DNA of 32,000 bases from Idiomarina loihiensis L2TR (GTDB taxonomy: Bacteria; Pseudomonadota; Gammaproteobacteria; Enterobacterales; Alteromonadaceae). The notes below the pieces were generated by a model. The model did not search any database. It was not told the DNA's origin and was given only the letters and a program-made list of their open reading frames with translations. Each line of letters begins with the position of its first letter. Position 1 is the stretch's first letter. Both the position numbers and the translations under genes were made by a program. Positions 1 to 9,291 of this stretch are shown here, in pieces. The DNA is taken from NCBI RefSeq assembly GCF_000008465.1, contig NC_006512.1, positions 1,470,001-1,502,000 of the forward strand. The letters are read 5' to 3'.

Positions 1-2445
1 GTTATAGATGCCTTCGGGTATGGCGCGGTCATAAGCCTCGAACAGCACCTCTTCATCCACCAGAATATCGCGCCGCCGTGACTTCGCCTCCAGCACCTGA
101 ACATCTTCTATCAACTTTAAGTTGTGTTGAATAAAAGGCAGCTTGCGCGTTAGCTGTGAATTAACCAGCCCTTCGCGAATGAATATCTCCCGGGCTTTAA
201 CCGGTGAAACCGGACCAAACTGGACACGTCTTCTGGGTACCAGAATAAGTCCCAGTAACGTGACCTGCTCATCGGCAATAACACTGCCTTGCTTCTTCTC
301 AAAATGAGGCTCAAGGTATTGTTTTTTCACTAAGTGTGGCGCGGCTTCTTCTATCCACAGCGGGTCAATATCGGCATTAATACGCGCATACAATTTTGAA
401 GTTTCCGCCAGTTCAGCAGTAACAACCCACTTGGGCGGTTTACCAAACAAACCTGAGCCCGGGAAAATATGAAAACGCGTTTGCCGTGTTCCCTGATATT
501 CGTGTCGGTCTTCTTTAAAGCCCACCTGAGACAATAAGCCAGTAATTAAAGCCCTGTGTACTTGCTCGAAAGTGGCAGGTTCTTCATTAATGGATAACCC
601 CATTTCCCGAACCGTTTGTCGGCTCTGCGTGTAAATATCCTGCCACTCACGCAAGCGCATAAAATGAATAAACTCACGACCCATTTGCTTACGGAACTGA
701 TTCCCTGACAAGGCCTTCTGCTGCTCTTTGACGTAGTTCCATAAATTGAGAAACGCCATAAAGTCAGAGCTCTTGTCACGAAAACGCTGGTGCCATTCAT
801 CGGCTTTTTGCTGCGCATCGTGTGGCCGTTCACGCGGGTCCTGAATACTCAGAGCCGCGGTAATTATCAGCATTTCACGGACACAACCATATTGCTGTCC
901 AGCTATGACCATTCTGGCCAGTCGCGGATCCAGAGGCAGCCGTGACAGCTGTCGTCCTGTATCTGTTAATTTCGGTTGTTCATTTTTACGCCCGGGTTTA
1001 ATGGCATGCAGCTCTTCCAATAAGTTCAAACCGTCTTTAACAAAGCGTTCGTCGGGCTTTTGTACGAAAGGAAACTGACGAATATCACCCAGACGCAACG
1101 ACGACATTTGCAGTATCACCGCCGCCAAATTGGTACGGAGAATTTCCGGGTCGGTATATTCCGGACGCTGCAAAAAGTCCTCTTCACTGTATAAGCGAAT
1201 ACAAATACCCGGACCAATACGGCCACAACGCCCCTTACGCTGGTTGGCGCTGGCCTGTGAAATTGGCTCAATAGGTAAGCGCTGCACTTTAGTGCGGTAA
1301 CTGTAACGGCTCATGCGCACTGTGCCCGGGTCAATTACAAAGCGTATGCCCGGCACGGTTAATGAGGTTTCTGCTACGTTGGTGGCAATAACCACCCGGC
1401 GCTGACTGTGCGACTGAAATACACGGTTCTGCTCGTGCGACGACAAACGCGCATACAAGGGTAACACTTCGGTATTGCGCAGTTGCAAGTCACCAATAGC
1501 GTCAGCGTAATCGCGGATTTCGCGCTCACCGCTGGCAAAAATAAGAATATCGCCTTCACTTTCACGTTGCAGCTCTTCCACCGCCTCACAAACACCCTGC
1601 AATACGTCTTCATCAGCAGCTTTGCCATCTTCTTTAGGCGGACGATACCGGACTTCAACCGGATAGGTTCGCCCGGTTACCGTCAATACAGGGGCATCGT
1701 GAAAGTGTTTGGAGAAACGTTCGGTTTCAATAGTCGCTGAGGTAATAACAACTTTAAGATCACGGCGTTTGGGCAGCAGCGTATGCAGAACACCCAGCAA
1801 GAAGTCGATGTTCAGACTGCGCTCATGCGCTTCATCAATAATAATGGCGTCGTATTGCAGTAGCAGAGGGTCTTGCTGCAGTTCGGATAACAGCATACCG
1901 TCGGTCATTAGTTTTATTGCCGTAGTCGGTGCGGTCTCATCCTGAAAGCGGATTTTATAACCCACCTGCTTTTTCGCGTGATCCTGCAGCTCATCCCCAA
2001 TACGGGCAGCAACGCTACGAGCTGCCAGGCGTCGTGGCTGAGTATGACCGATGGTACCTTTGCGACCATACCCCAGTTCCAGCAACATTTTCGGTAACTG
2101 CGTGGTTTTACCCGAACCGGTCTCGCCGGCAATGACCACCACCTGATTCTGCTCAATGGCTGTTTTAATGTCACCACGCTGCTGGGCAACCGGCAACTCT
2201 TCGGGGTAACTGATATGAAACTTTTGCTGCTGACGCTCCAGATACGCCAACTCAGCAGTCTCGATATCTGCGGCTATGCGCTCGAGCACCTGCTGCTGTC
2301 GTTGCTCGTTTTTAATTTTACTCAGACCACGCAAACGACCGCGCAAAAGCGCGGCCTGTTGTGTTGTACATTGCTCTAATTGTGTCTGAAATTTATCAAC
2401 AAAAGGCTGACTTTGTGATTTATCGTGCGATTTTTGACGACTCAT
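1..2445 (-). CDS. hrpA: ATP-dependent RNA helicase HrpA (DEAH/RHA family), first 815 codons; the C-terminal part lies beyond the window start
   Basis: Absent from the ORF track because the frame is open to position 1. My own translation starts at ATG 2445..2443 (GGAG 5 nt upstream): MSRQKSHDKSQSQPF... Helicase motifs are AGETGSGKTTQLPK (Walker A), IIIDEAHERSLNIDFLLG (DEAH box), TSATIE, VIATNVAETSLTVPGI and QRKGRCGR, followed by an HA2/OB-like region. Confidence 0.93.
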   Translation of the reverse strand, partial: MSRQKSHDKSQSQPFVDKFQTQLEQCTTQQAALLRGRLRGLSKIKNEQRQQQVLERIAADIETAELAYLERQQQKFHISYPEELPVAQQRGDIKTAIEQNQVVVIAGETGSGKTTQLPKMLLELGYGRKGTIGHTQPRRLAARSVAARIGDELQDHAKKQVGYKIRFQDETAPTTAIKLMTDGMLLSELQQDPLLLQYDAIIIDEAHERSLNIDFLLGVLHTLLPKRRDLKVVITSATIETERFSKHFHDAPVLTVTGRTYPVEVRYRPPKEDGKAADEDVLQGVCEAVEELQRESEGDILIFASGEREIRDYADAIGDLQLRNTEVLPLYARLSSHEQNRVFQSHSQRRVVIATNVAETSLTVPGIRFVIDPGTVRMSRYSYRTKVQRLPIEPISQASANQRKGRCGRIGPGICIRLYSEEDFLQRPEYTDPEILRTNLAAVILQMSSLRLGDIRQFPFVQKPDERFVKDGLNLLEELHAIKPGRKNEQPKLTDTGRQLSRLPLDPRLARMVIAGQQYGCVREMLIITAALSIQDPRERPHDAQQKADEWHQRFRDKSSDFMAFLNLWNYVKEQQKALSGNQFRKQMGREFIHFMRLREWQDIYTQSRQTVREMGLSINEEPATFEQVHRALITGLLSQVGFKEDRHEYQGTRQTRFHIFPGSGLFGKPPKWVVTAELAETSKLYARINADIDPLWIEEAAPHLVKKQYLEPHFEKKQGSVIADEQVTLLGLILVPRRRVQFGPVSPVKAREIFIREGLVNSQLTRKLPFIQHNLKLIEDVQVLEAKSRRRDILVDEEVLFEAYDRAIPEGIYN

Positions 2446-2456
2446 AGACTCCGAAC

Positions 2457-3494
2457 TTATTCATCCTCGTTATAAATAGCAATATGGGCATCACCTTCGC
2501 CCTTAATATAGCCACGATACATACCTTCGGTATTAAATGGCATAGCAATATTGCCTTCTGCGTCAATAATAATAACGCCTCCGGTACCACCCGCTTGTTC
2601 CAGCACACCGTGAATGACTTCATCGCCGGCTTCACTTACCGAAAGCCCTTTATACTTAACCCGTGAGCAGATATCAGCCGCCACGTGGAAGCGAATAAAA
2701 TATTCACCGTGTCCAGTCGCAGACACCGCACAGCTGTCGTTATCCGCCCAGGTACCGGCGCCAATAATGGGGGAATCGCCTATTCTACCATAACGTTTGG
2801 CTGTCATGCCGCCGGTTGACGTACCTGCACTTAATAAACCGTTTTTATCAACGGCCACAGCACCGACGGTACCGTATTTGTAGTCTAAATCCAGATACTC
2901 CCAGGCTTGTTGCTCTGGCTGTTCACTTTTCTTAATGGTTTCTTTGGCTTTCTGTAGCTGCTGATAACGGTGCTCTGTATTAAAGTAGCTGTTCTCTACC
3001 TGCTCCAGGCCTTGTTGACGGGAAAACAGCTCTGCGCCTTCACCACTTAGCATGACGTGTACCGACTCTTCCATTACCTCGCGAGCCAGTTCTATTGGGC
3101 TTTTTACCGTTTTCACGCCAGCAACGGCCCCGGCATTGCCGTTCAGACCTTCCATTAACGAAGCATCCAGCTCATGTTCTCCATCCCAGGTATAAACCGC
3201 ACCTTTGCCAGAGTTAAACAGCGGCGACGCTTCCATTACCTGAATAGCCGCAATAACTGCTGTGGTGCTGTCACCGCCTTCTTTCAATATCTTACGCCCA
3301 GCCTCTAAAGCTTCCGTCAGTTTATCTTTGTAGGCTTGCTCTTGTTCGGCAGTTAAATTCGCGCGAGTAATAGTACCCGCTCCACCATGAATGGCCATTG
3401 CGTATTCAACATCATGATCATCCGCCTGTACGGCTGGTAATAGCGATCCAAACGCAGCGGTGGCAAGTACTGCAGATAAGTAAAACTTTTTCAT
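2457..3494 (-). CDS. iaaA: Isoaspartyl peptidase / plant-type L-asparaginase (Ntn hydrolase), with a Sec signal peptide
   Basis: The ORF track extends to 3611. I prefer ATG 3494 (GAGG 5 nt upstream), which gives the signal peptide MKKFYLSAVLATAAFGSLLPAVQA|DD. Family hallmarks are HGGAGT, the autoproteolytic GTVGAVAVD site and ATGHGEYFIR. The stop lies 11 nt upstream of the hrpA ATG, so the two are probably co-transcribed. Confidence 0.88.
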   Translation of the reverse strand: MKKFYLSAVLATAAFGSLLPAVQADDHDVEYAMAIHGGAGTITRANLTAEQEQAYKDKLTEALEAGRKILKEGGDSTTAVIAAIQVMEASPLFNSGKGAVYTWDGEHELDASLMEGLNGNAGAVAGVKTVKSPIELAREVMEESVHVMLSGEGAELFSRQQGLEQVENSYFNTEHRYQQLQKAKETIKKSEQPEQQAWEYLDLDYKYGTVGAVAVDKNGLLSAGTSTGGMTAKRYGRIGDSPIIGAGTWADNDSCAVSATGHGEYFIRFHVAADICSRVKYKGLSVSEAGDEVIHGVLEQAGGTGGVIIIDAEGNIAMPFNTEGMYRGYIKGEGDAHIAIYNEDE

Positions 3495-3583
3495 TCTGAC
3501 CTCGATTTTATTGTTATAGGCTAGATTGTTAGTCATAACATAGTCGCAGGAAAGCAACGAACTGACAACGAGGAGATATTCAG

Positions 3584-3820
3584 ATGCCGACTTATCGCGT
3601 TGAGTACACACACTTAGGCGACAGACAGCAAATTACGCTGGAAGTCGATAATGAAGCATTAGATAACGAACAAAAGTTCAGAGACGCCGTTGCACAGCGT
3701 TTAGCCGATCGCATTCTGCCGCACGCTGAACTTGCTTTTCGCCACGAAGATGACCGCACACTGGAGCAAAAGCTGGACAAAGCTTACGATGTGCAAGTGA
3801 ACAAGATTGAAAGAGAGTGA
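3584..3820 (+). CDS. Small acidic hypothetical protein (78 aa)
   Basis: ATG with GAGGAG 8 nt upstream. It is divergent from iaaA and ends 62 nt upstream of sbcB. I recognise no family. It overlaps only the spurious 5' extension of the iaaA ORF call. Confidence 0.5.
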   Translation: MPTYRVEYTHLGDRQQITLEVDNEALDNEQKFRDAVAQRLADRILPHAELAFRHEDDRTLEQKLDKAYDVQVNKIERE

Positions 3821-3882
3821 GTGGCTGAATTTATCTGCGGGCTCGTGCTATAGTTTTCCTTTTCCGCTGAGCAATTAGGCTT

Positions 3883-5322
3883 ATGGCACAAAACGAACAA
3901 GAAACCTTTTACTGGCACGATTATGAGACATGGGGCGCTAACCCTTTAGTGGATCGCCCTGCACAGTTTGCCGGCTTACGCACAGACACTGATTTTAATG
4001 TTATCGGTCGGCCGTTAACGCTATACGCTCAGCCCACACCAGACTTTCTGCCGAATCCGGAAGCCACTTTAATTACTGGTATTACGCCGCAGCTTGCTGC
4101 GAAACAAGGTGTCGGTGAAGCGGAATTCAGCAAAGCCATAGCAAATGAGTTTCAAAAGCCCAATACCACCATTATTGGCTACAACAACATTCGTTTTGAT
4201 GACGAAGTCACCCGTTTGCTGTTCTATCGCAACTTTTATGACCCTTACGAATACAGCTGGCAAAACGGCAATTCACGCTGGGACTTAATTGATGTCGTGC
4301 GAGCCTGTTTTGCGCTGCGCCCTGACGGTATTAACTGGCCGGAGAACTCTGACGGACAACCCAGTCTAAAACTGGAGCATTTGAGTGTTGCCAATAACAT
4401 TGAGCATGGTCAGGCGCACGATGCTATGTCGGACGTTTATGCGACCATTGGTCTGGCAAAGCTCATTAGCGAAAAACAGCCGAAATTGTGGCAGTGGGCT
4501 TACAGTATTCGCCGTAAACAAAAGCTACTGAACCTGTTTAACTGGCAGGCACCGGAGCCTCTGGCACATGTCAGTGGTTTTTACGGTACGGCTAACCGCT
4601 ATTTGTCGGCTATATTGCCGCTGGGTTTTCACCCTAAGCAAAATAGCAACGTTGTTGCCTGGGACCTGCGCGTTCCGCCCATGGATTTTGCCGATAAATC
4701 GGTAGAAGAATTAACGGAGCTAACCTACACGAGTCGTAGGGAACTGGAAGAGCAAGGCTTACAAAAGAGCGGCATACAAAATATTCACCTCGGTCGCTGT
4801 CCTTTCTTAGCGCCTATTAAAACTATTTCTGCTGAAGCTGCTGATAGTGCCGCGTTAGATACAGCCGCCCTGGAGACAAACGCTAAATGGTTACAGGAAA
4901 ACAGCGACTTTCGCGACAAACTCATGCAGGTGTTTGAGCAGACCAAAGAATTTGCCCCCAGAACCGACGTTGATCACCAGATATACGACGGCTTTTTCTC
5001 TCCTCAGGATAAAAAGCATATGGAGATTATCCGTTCGTCAGAGCCACACCAACTGGCCGGTCTGGAACTGGATTTTCAGGACAAGCGTATGCCTGCACTG
5101 CTGTTTCGTTACCGGGCGCGAAACTACCCGTCAACTCTTAGCGATAAAGAACTAAATAAGTGGCGCCTGTTTTGTCAGCAACGTTTAATTGAGCCGCCAG
5201 AAGGCTTATTGTCCGCCGAGGGCTTCGCATTGAAGCTGGAGGATTTAGCAAATCAGCATCAGGAAGATGCGCATAAGCTGCGGTTGCTGAAATCACTGTA
5301 TGACTACGCCGCATCTCTCTGA
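3883..5322 (+). CDS. sbcB: Exodeoxyribonuclease I
   Basis: 479 aa. The N-terminus FYWHDYETWGANPLVDRPAQFAGLRTD is a DnaQ-like exonuclease motif. IGYNNIRFDDEVTR and HDAMSDVYA are typical of ExoI, and the length is right. Confidence 0.95.
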   Translation: MAQNEQETFYWHDYETWGANPLVDRPAQFAGLRTDTDFNVIGRPLTLYAQPTPDFLPNPEATLITGITPQLAAKQGVGEAEFSKAIANEFQKPNTTIIGYNNIRFDDEVTRLLFYRNFYDPYEYSWQNGNSRWDLIDVVRACFALRPDGINWPENSDGQPSLKLEHLSVANNIEHGQAHDAMSDVYATIGLAKLISEKQPKLWQWAYSIRRKQKLLNLFNWQAPEPLAHVSGFYGTANRYLSAILPLGFHPKQNSNVVAWDLRVPPMDFADKSVEELTELTYTSRRELEEQGLQKSGIQNIHLGRCPFLAPIKTISAEAADSAALDTAALETNAKWLQENSDFRDKLMQVFEQTKEFAPRTDVDHQIYDGFFSPQDKKHMEIIRSSEPHQLAGLELDFQDKRMPALLFRYRARNYPSTLSDKELNKWRLFCQQRLIEPPEGLLSAEGFALKLEDLANQHQEDAHKLRLLKSLYDYAASL

Positions 5323-6940
5323 CGCTAACGCGTCGTTCGATTACATTATAGTCGGAGCCGGCTCTGCCGGTTGCACCCTTGCGAACAGACTCACAGAATG
5401 CGGCAAGTTTCGGGTGTTGTTACTAGAAGCCGGAGCATCACATGGTGGACTATTTTCTGACATGCCCTCAGGCTTTGCCCGCTTTATGCATAGCCGCAAA
5501 TTTAACTGGCTTTACCGAAGCCATAAAGAGCCGCAACTGACTAACCCCAAAGGTTGTTATACACCGCGAGGGAAAATGCTGGGTGGCAGCAGCGGCATTA
5601 ACGCCATGATTTATACTCGGGGGCTCTCCAGTGACTACAACTCCTGGGCAGCTAAAGGTAACGTCGGCTGGAGTTACAATGATTTATTGCCTTATTTTAT
5701 AAAAAGTGAAAATAATAGTCGCGGTGCCTCAAACTACCATGGAAACAGCGGCCCCTTAACCGTATCCGATGTATCCCCCTTTTACCCGGTATCAAAATGT
5801 TTCTTAGAAGCCTGCAGCGAATTTGGTTTGCCGCCTAACCCCGACTTTAACGGCGTACACCTGGAAGGACACAATTCATACCAGTTCACAATGAAAGATG
5901 GGAAGCGTTGCAGTGCTTACCATGCCTACCTGAAGCCAGCACTGAAACGAAACAACTTGACGGTAATATCCGGATGCCTGACCGAGCGAGTGGCTTTTTC
6001 AGGGATAAAAGCGACCGGAGTCTGTTATCAGCAGAATGGTCGCCGATACATAGCCAGCGCAAGGAAAGAGGTTATCCTTTGTGCGGGGGCCTTTAACTCC
6101 CCCCAAATTCTCATGCGCTCCGGTGTTGGCTCTGCATCAGAGCTTGCAAAATTTGGAATAGAAAGCGTTTATGACAACCCGGCTGTCGGTAAGAACTTGC
6201 AGGAGCACGTGGACGTTAGCATACAATGTAAAAACAAAATGAGAGACGGCCTGACACTGAGTCCTCTGGGGTTAATCAAGCTCTCAGTACCTTTTATTCA
6301 ATATATACTCTCTAGCAAAGGCCAGCTGGCACACTCACTTGCTGAAGTCGGAGCTTTTTACCGCTCATCGAATGAAGTTAAAGAACCGGACATTCAGGCT
6401 CATTTGTTGCCGGTCATGTTTAATGACAGCGGCTACGACTGGAACCCTACTTTAAAACACGGATTCACCTGTCATGTCTGCTTGTTACGCCCAGAATCAC
6501 GTGGTGCAGTGCACCTAAACCCAGAAGACCCAATGGCTAAACCGCAAATTACTTATGGCTTTTTAAGCGAAAAGAGTGACCAGAAGGCCTTACTCAACGG
6601 TATAAGAAAAGCGTTAGAAATACTGAAGCAACCGGCTCTGGCAAAACATAATGGTGGGATCATGTTTCCCAATCCCTGCTTAAGCGACGCCGAACTTCTG
6701 GAGCAGATAAAATCCAAAACTGGGCTTATTTATCATCCTGCGGGGACTTGCAAGATGGGGCCTAAAAACGATACCGGGGCTGTTGTAGATCCTGAATTAA
6801 AAGTAATAGGTGTTGAGAAACTCAGAGTAATAGATGCATCCATTATGCCTACCGTTATCAGTGGTAACACCAACGCTCCTACTATCGCTATAGCTGAAAA
6901 AGGCGCCGACTTAATAAAAGCCGACGCCTTAATTCACTAA
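5300..6940 (+). CDS. GMC-family FAD oxidoreductase (choline / long-chain alcohol dehydrogenase-like)
   Basis: 546 aa. The N-terminal FAD fold is DYIIVGAGSAGCTLANRL. GGSSGINAMIYTRG and the C-terminal YHPAGTCKMG...VIDASIMP are GMC signatures. ATG 5300 overlaps the sbcB end by 23 nt, and no later start would keep the GxGxxG motif. Confidence 0.9.
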   Translation: MTTPHLSDANASFDYIIVGAGSAGCTLANRLTECGKFRVLLLEAGASHGGLFSDMPSGFARFMHSRKFNWLYRSHKEPQLTNPKGCYTPRGKMLGGSSGINAMIYTRGLSSDYNSWAAKGNVGWSYNDLLPYFIKSENNSRGASNYHGNSGPLTVSDVSPFYPVSKCFLEACSEFGLPPNPDFNGVHLEGHNSYQFTMKDGKRCSAYHAYLKPALKRNNLTVISGCLTERVAFSGIKATGVCYQQNGRRYIASARKEVILCAGAFNSPQILMRSGVGSASELAKFGIESVYDNPAVGKNLQEHVDVSIQCKNKMRDGLTLSPLGLIKLSVPFIQYILSSKGQLAHSLAEVGAFYRSSNEVKEPDIQAHLLPVMFNDSGYDWNPTLKHGFTCHVCLLRPESRGAVHLNPEDPMAKPQITYGFLSEKSDQKALLNGIRKALEILKQPALAKHNGGIMFPNPCLSDAELLEQIKSKTGLIYHPAGTCKMGPKNDTGAVVDPELKVIGVEKLRVIDASIMPTVISGNTNAPTIAIAEKGADLIKADALIH

Positions 6941-6960
6941 CTCAAGTTATAAGGTAAGAG

Positions 6961-9291
6961 CTAAGCTTTTTTATTCCCTACTCTGAATAACCTTGCCAGT
7001 GCCGGAATTAAGATAAGTGCACCCAACATATTCCACAGGAACATAAAGGTCAGCAATATACCCATATCGGCCTGGAATTTAATGGGTGAGAATATCCAGG
7101 TAGCGACGCCTATAGCCAGCGTTAAGCCAGTAAAGCCGACGGCCTTGCCGGTGTTATCCAGCGAGTACTTGTAGGTTTCCTGCAACGACATGCCCTGCTG
7201 CAAGCCCTCTTTCACTTTACTGTAAATATAAATGCCGTAATCGACACCAATACCAACCCCTAAGGCAATAACCGGCAAGGTAGCCACTTTAATGCCTATG
7301 CCTAACACCGCCATAAGTCCCTGACTCATAACAGTAGTAAAGGCCAGTGGTAGTACAATACAGGCTACTGTGCGAACGCTACGGAAGGTAATAAAGCACA
7401 GCACGATAACGACACCATACACCCACAGCAGCATCTTGTTCTGGGCTGCTTCTATAACTGAGTTGGTTGCCGCTTCAATGCCGGAGTTGCCTGCCGCCAT
7501 CAACAGCTCTAAACCTTCCTGCTGATAGTTCTGGTTAAACTCGTTAACCGAACCAACGACATTCTTTAATGTTTCCGCTTTATGGTCGTCCAGGTAAATA
7601 ATGACCGGCGCCATTGAACAATCGTTGTTGATCAAGCCATCCGGAATACGGCTTAAAGAGGCGTTGGTAACGTATTTATTACGGTTTAAGCTAAACCACT
7701 TAAGGTTACCCTCGTTTATGCCGAACATGCCCATTTTAGAAACGTAGACGACAGACTTAACGTCTTGAACACCGCTGGTATTTTCCATATGCCAGCTAAA
7801 ACGTTCCATAATCTCAAGGTTATCGTAGGCAATACATTGCTCAGGCGCGGAAGCCGCCATCACCACAAAAATATCGGTACTGGAACTGTAGTTTTCAACA
7901 ATAAAGGCATTGTCCTGATTGTAGCGACTGTCCGGGCGAAGCTCCGGCGCGCCTTTATCAAGGTCACCAATTGCCATATTCTGACTATTGACTAAGCCCC
8001 AGGCCAGCATAACAAGAGCAATAACTAGCGCCGAATACGCCCATTTAGGCTGAGTAAACTTAGCGAAGAAATCAAATAGTGGATGACGCTCGTCCTTTAT
8101 TTTCTTCTGGTAAGCAACACCATTGTCTGACGTTCCCAGGTACGACATTAAAATAGGTAATAAACCTAGGTTGGTCAGCACTACCACGGCAACACCAATA
8201 CTGGCGGCTATTGCCAGTTCTTTGATTACCTCAATATCAATAACCATCAAGGTCGTAAAGCCAATGGCGTCGCTGGCCAGAGCGGTTAACCCGGCAATAT
8301 ACAGGCCACGGAACGCTGTGCGAGCCGCAGCAACTTTATCAAGCCCGGCAACCCGGTTAGAGCCAATGGCATTAATAATTTGTACGCCGTGCGAAACCCC
8401 TATGGCAAAGACCAAAAATGGTACGAGCATTGAATACGGGTTAATACCGCTGCCTATAAGTTCAATAATACCCAGTTGCCAGACCACCGCGATAATTGAG
8501 CAGCTAAGTACCATAAAGGTGCTGCGCCAACAGCGGCTGTAGAGATAAAGCATGACCAGCGTAATAGCAATAGCCAACAGGAAGAACAAACCAACCTGCT
8601 CGGCGCCTTCAATAAGGTCGCCTATCAGTTTCGCAAAACCAGTAATGTGAATTTCAATATCATCACTTTGATATTTGTCACGAACCAGGGTTTCCAGCTT
8701 TTCCGAAAACTGCTGATAATCGAGCTTTTCACCGGTTTCCGGATTAACTTCATCCAGCGGAATATAGACGATGGTTGACTTAAAGTTATTGGCAACCAGG
8801 TTCCCTACTTCACCTGAACGCAAAACATTGGTTCTTAGTTGATCTAAGGAGTTTTCACTGCCGTCGTAGCCATCGGGAATAACCGGGCCACCGACAAAAC
8901 CTTCTTCGGTTACTTCCATCCAGCGGACATTGGGGGTCCATAAGCTGCGAAGCCCGGAGCGGTTAACGCCCGGAATAAAAAAGATCTCGTCGGTTATTTT
9001 TTGCAGTTCCTGTTGAAAATCGGCTTCAAAAATATCGCCGTCTTTATTTTCAACCGCCACTCGGACAACGTTCCCCAAACTGGCTAAGTCGTCCTGATAC
9101 TCAAAATAGTTTTGAATAAATGGATGGTTGGTCGGGATCATTTTGGTCAGGCTGGCATCGGGGCGAACCTGTGACGCGTGATAACCCAAAAACAAGGTCA
9201 GTAACAAAAAGACAATTAGCCAGGGAGCCCGTACCGTGAATAATAACTTCTCCAGCAGTCCCGCTGGTTTATTCGCACTCGGATTATCCAT
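6961..9291 (-). CDS. RND-superfamily transporter, MMPL/HpnN-like (two large periplasmic loops, two TM bundles)
   Basis: 776 aa. Topology by eye is an N-terminal TM, a ~200-aa soluble loop, a hydrophobic bundle, a second loop and a second bundle. This resembles the RND genes that accompany DUF1329/BNR proteins. Its ATG abuts the upstream stop (TAAATG at 9294..9289). Confidence 0.88.
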   Translation of the reverse strand: MDNPSANKPAGLLEKLLFTVRAPWLIVFLLLTLFLGYHASQVRPDASLTKMIPTNHPFIQNYFEYQDDLASLGNVVRVAVENKDGDIFEADFQQELQKITDEIFFIPGVNRSGLRSLWTPNVRWMEVTEEGFVGGPVIPDGYDGSENSLDQLRTNVLRSGEVGNLVANNFKSTIVYIPLDEVNPETGEKLDYQQFSEKLETLVRDKYQSDDIEIHITGFAKLIGDLIEGAEQVGLFFLLAIAITLVMLYLYSRCWRSTFMVLSCSIIAVVWQLGIIELIGSGINPYSMLVPFLVFAIGVSHGVQIINAIGSNRVAGLDKVAAARTAFRGLYIAGLTALASDAIGFTTLMVIDIEVIKELAIAASIGVAVVVLTNLGLLPILMSYLGTSDNGVAYQKKIKDERHPLFDFFAKFTQPKWAYSALVIALVMLAWGLVNSQNMAIGDLDKGAPELRPDSRYNQDNAFIVENYSSSTDIFVVMAASAPEQCIAYDNLEIMERFSWHMENTSGVQDVKSVVYVSKMGMFGINEGNLKWFSLNRNKYVTNASLSRIPDGLINNDCSMAPVIIYLDDHKAETLKNVVGSVNEFNQNYQQEGLELLMAAGNSGIEAATNSVIEAAQNKMLLWVYGVVIVLCFITFRSVRTVACIVLPLAFTTVMSQGLMAVLGIGIKVATLPVIALGVGIGVDYGIYIYSKVKEGLQQGMSLQETYKYSLDNTGKAVGFTGLTLAIGVATWIFSPIKFQADMGILLTFMFLWNMLGALILIPALARLFRVGNKKA

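Noticed and set aside
5300-5322. The 23-nt overlap of the sbcB 3' end with the GMC oxidoreductase start, considered as a possible frameshift, fusion or mis-assembly.
   Set aside because: Both proteins are full length with intact terminal motifs. The GMC GxGxxG fold begins at residue 19, so the ATG at 5300 is required. A plain overlap is the simplest reading.
6941-6960. Convergent GMC and RND genes with only 20 nt between their stops and no hairpin terminator.
   Set aside because: This is noted but not informative on its own. Termination could occur inside the opposing gene or be Rho-dependent. I saw no structure to report.
8123-8542. Long antisense ORFs inside confidently assigned genes. This 139-aa ORF opposite the RND gene is one. 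Others are 1374..1658, 1914..2189, 22636..23022, 24772..25095, 27269..27731 and 30520..30858.
   Set aside because: Each lies wholly inside a gene with clear family motifs on the other strand or in another frame. None has an RBS or a recognisable domain, and their compositions look like shadow frames.
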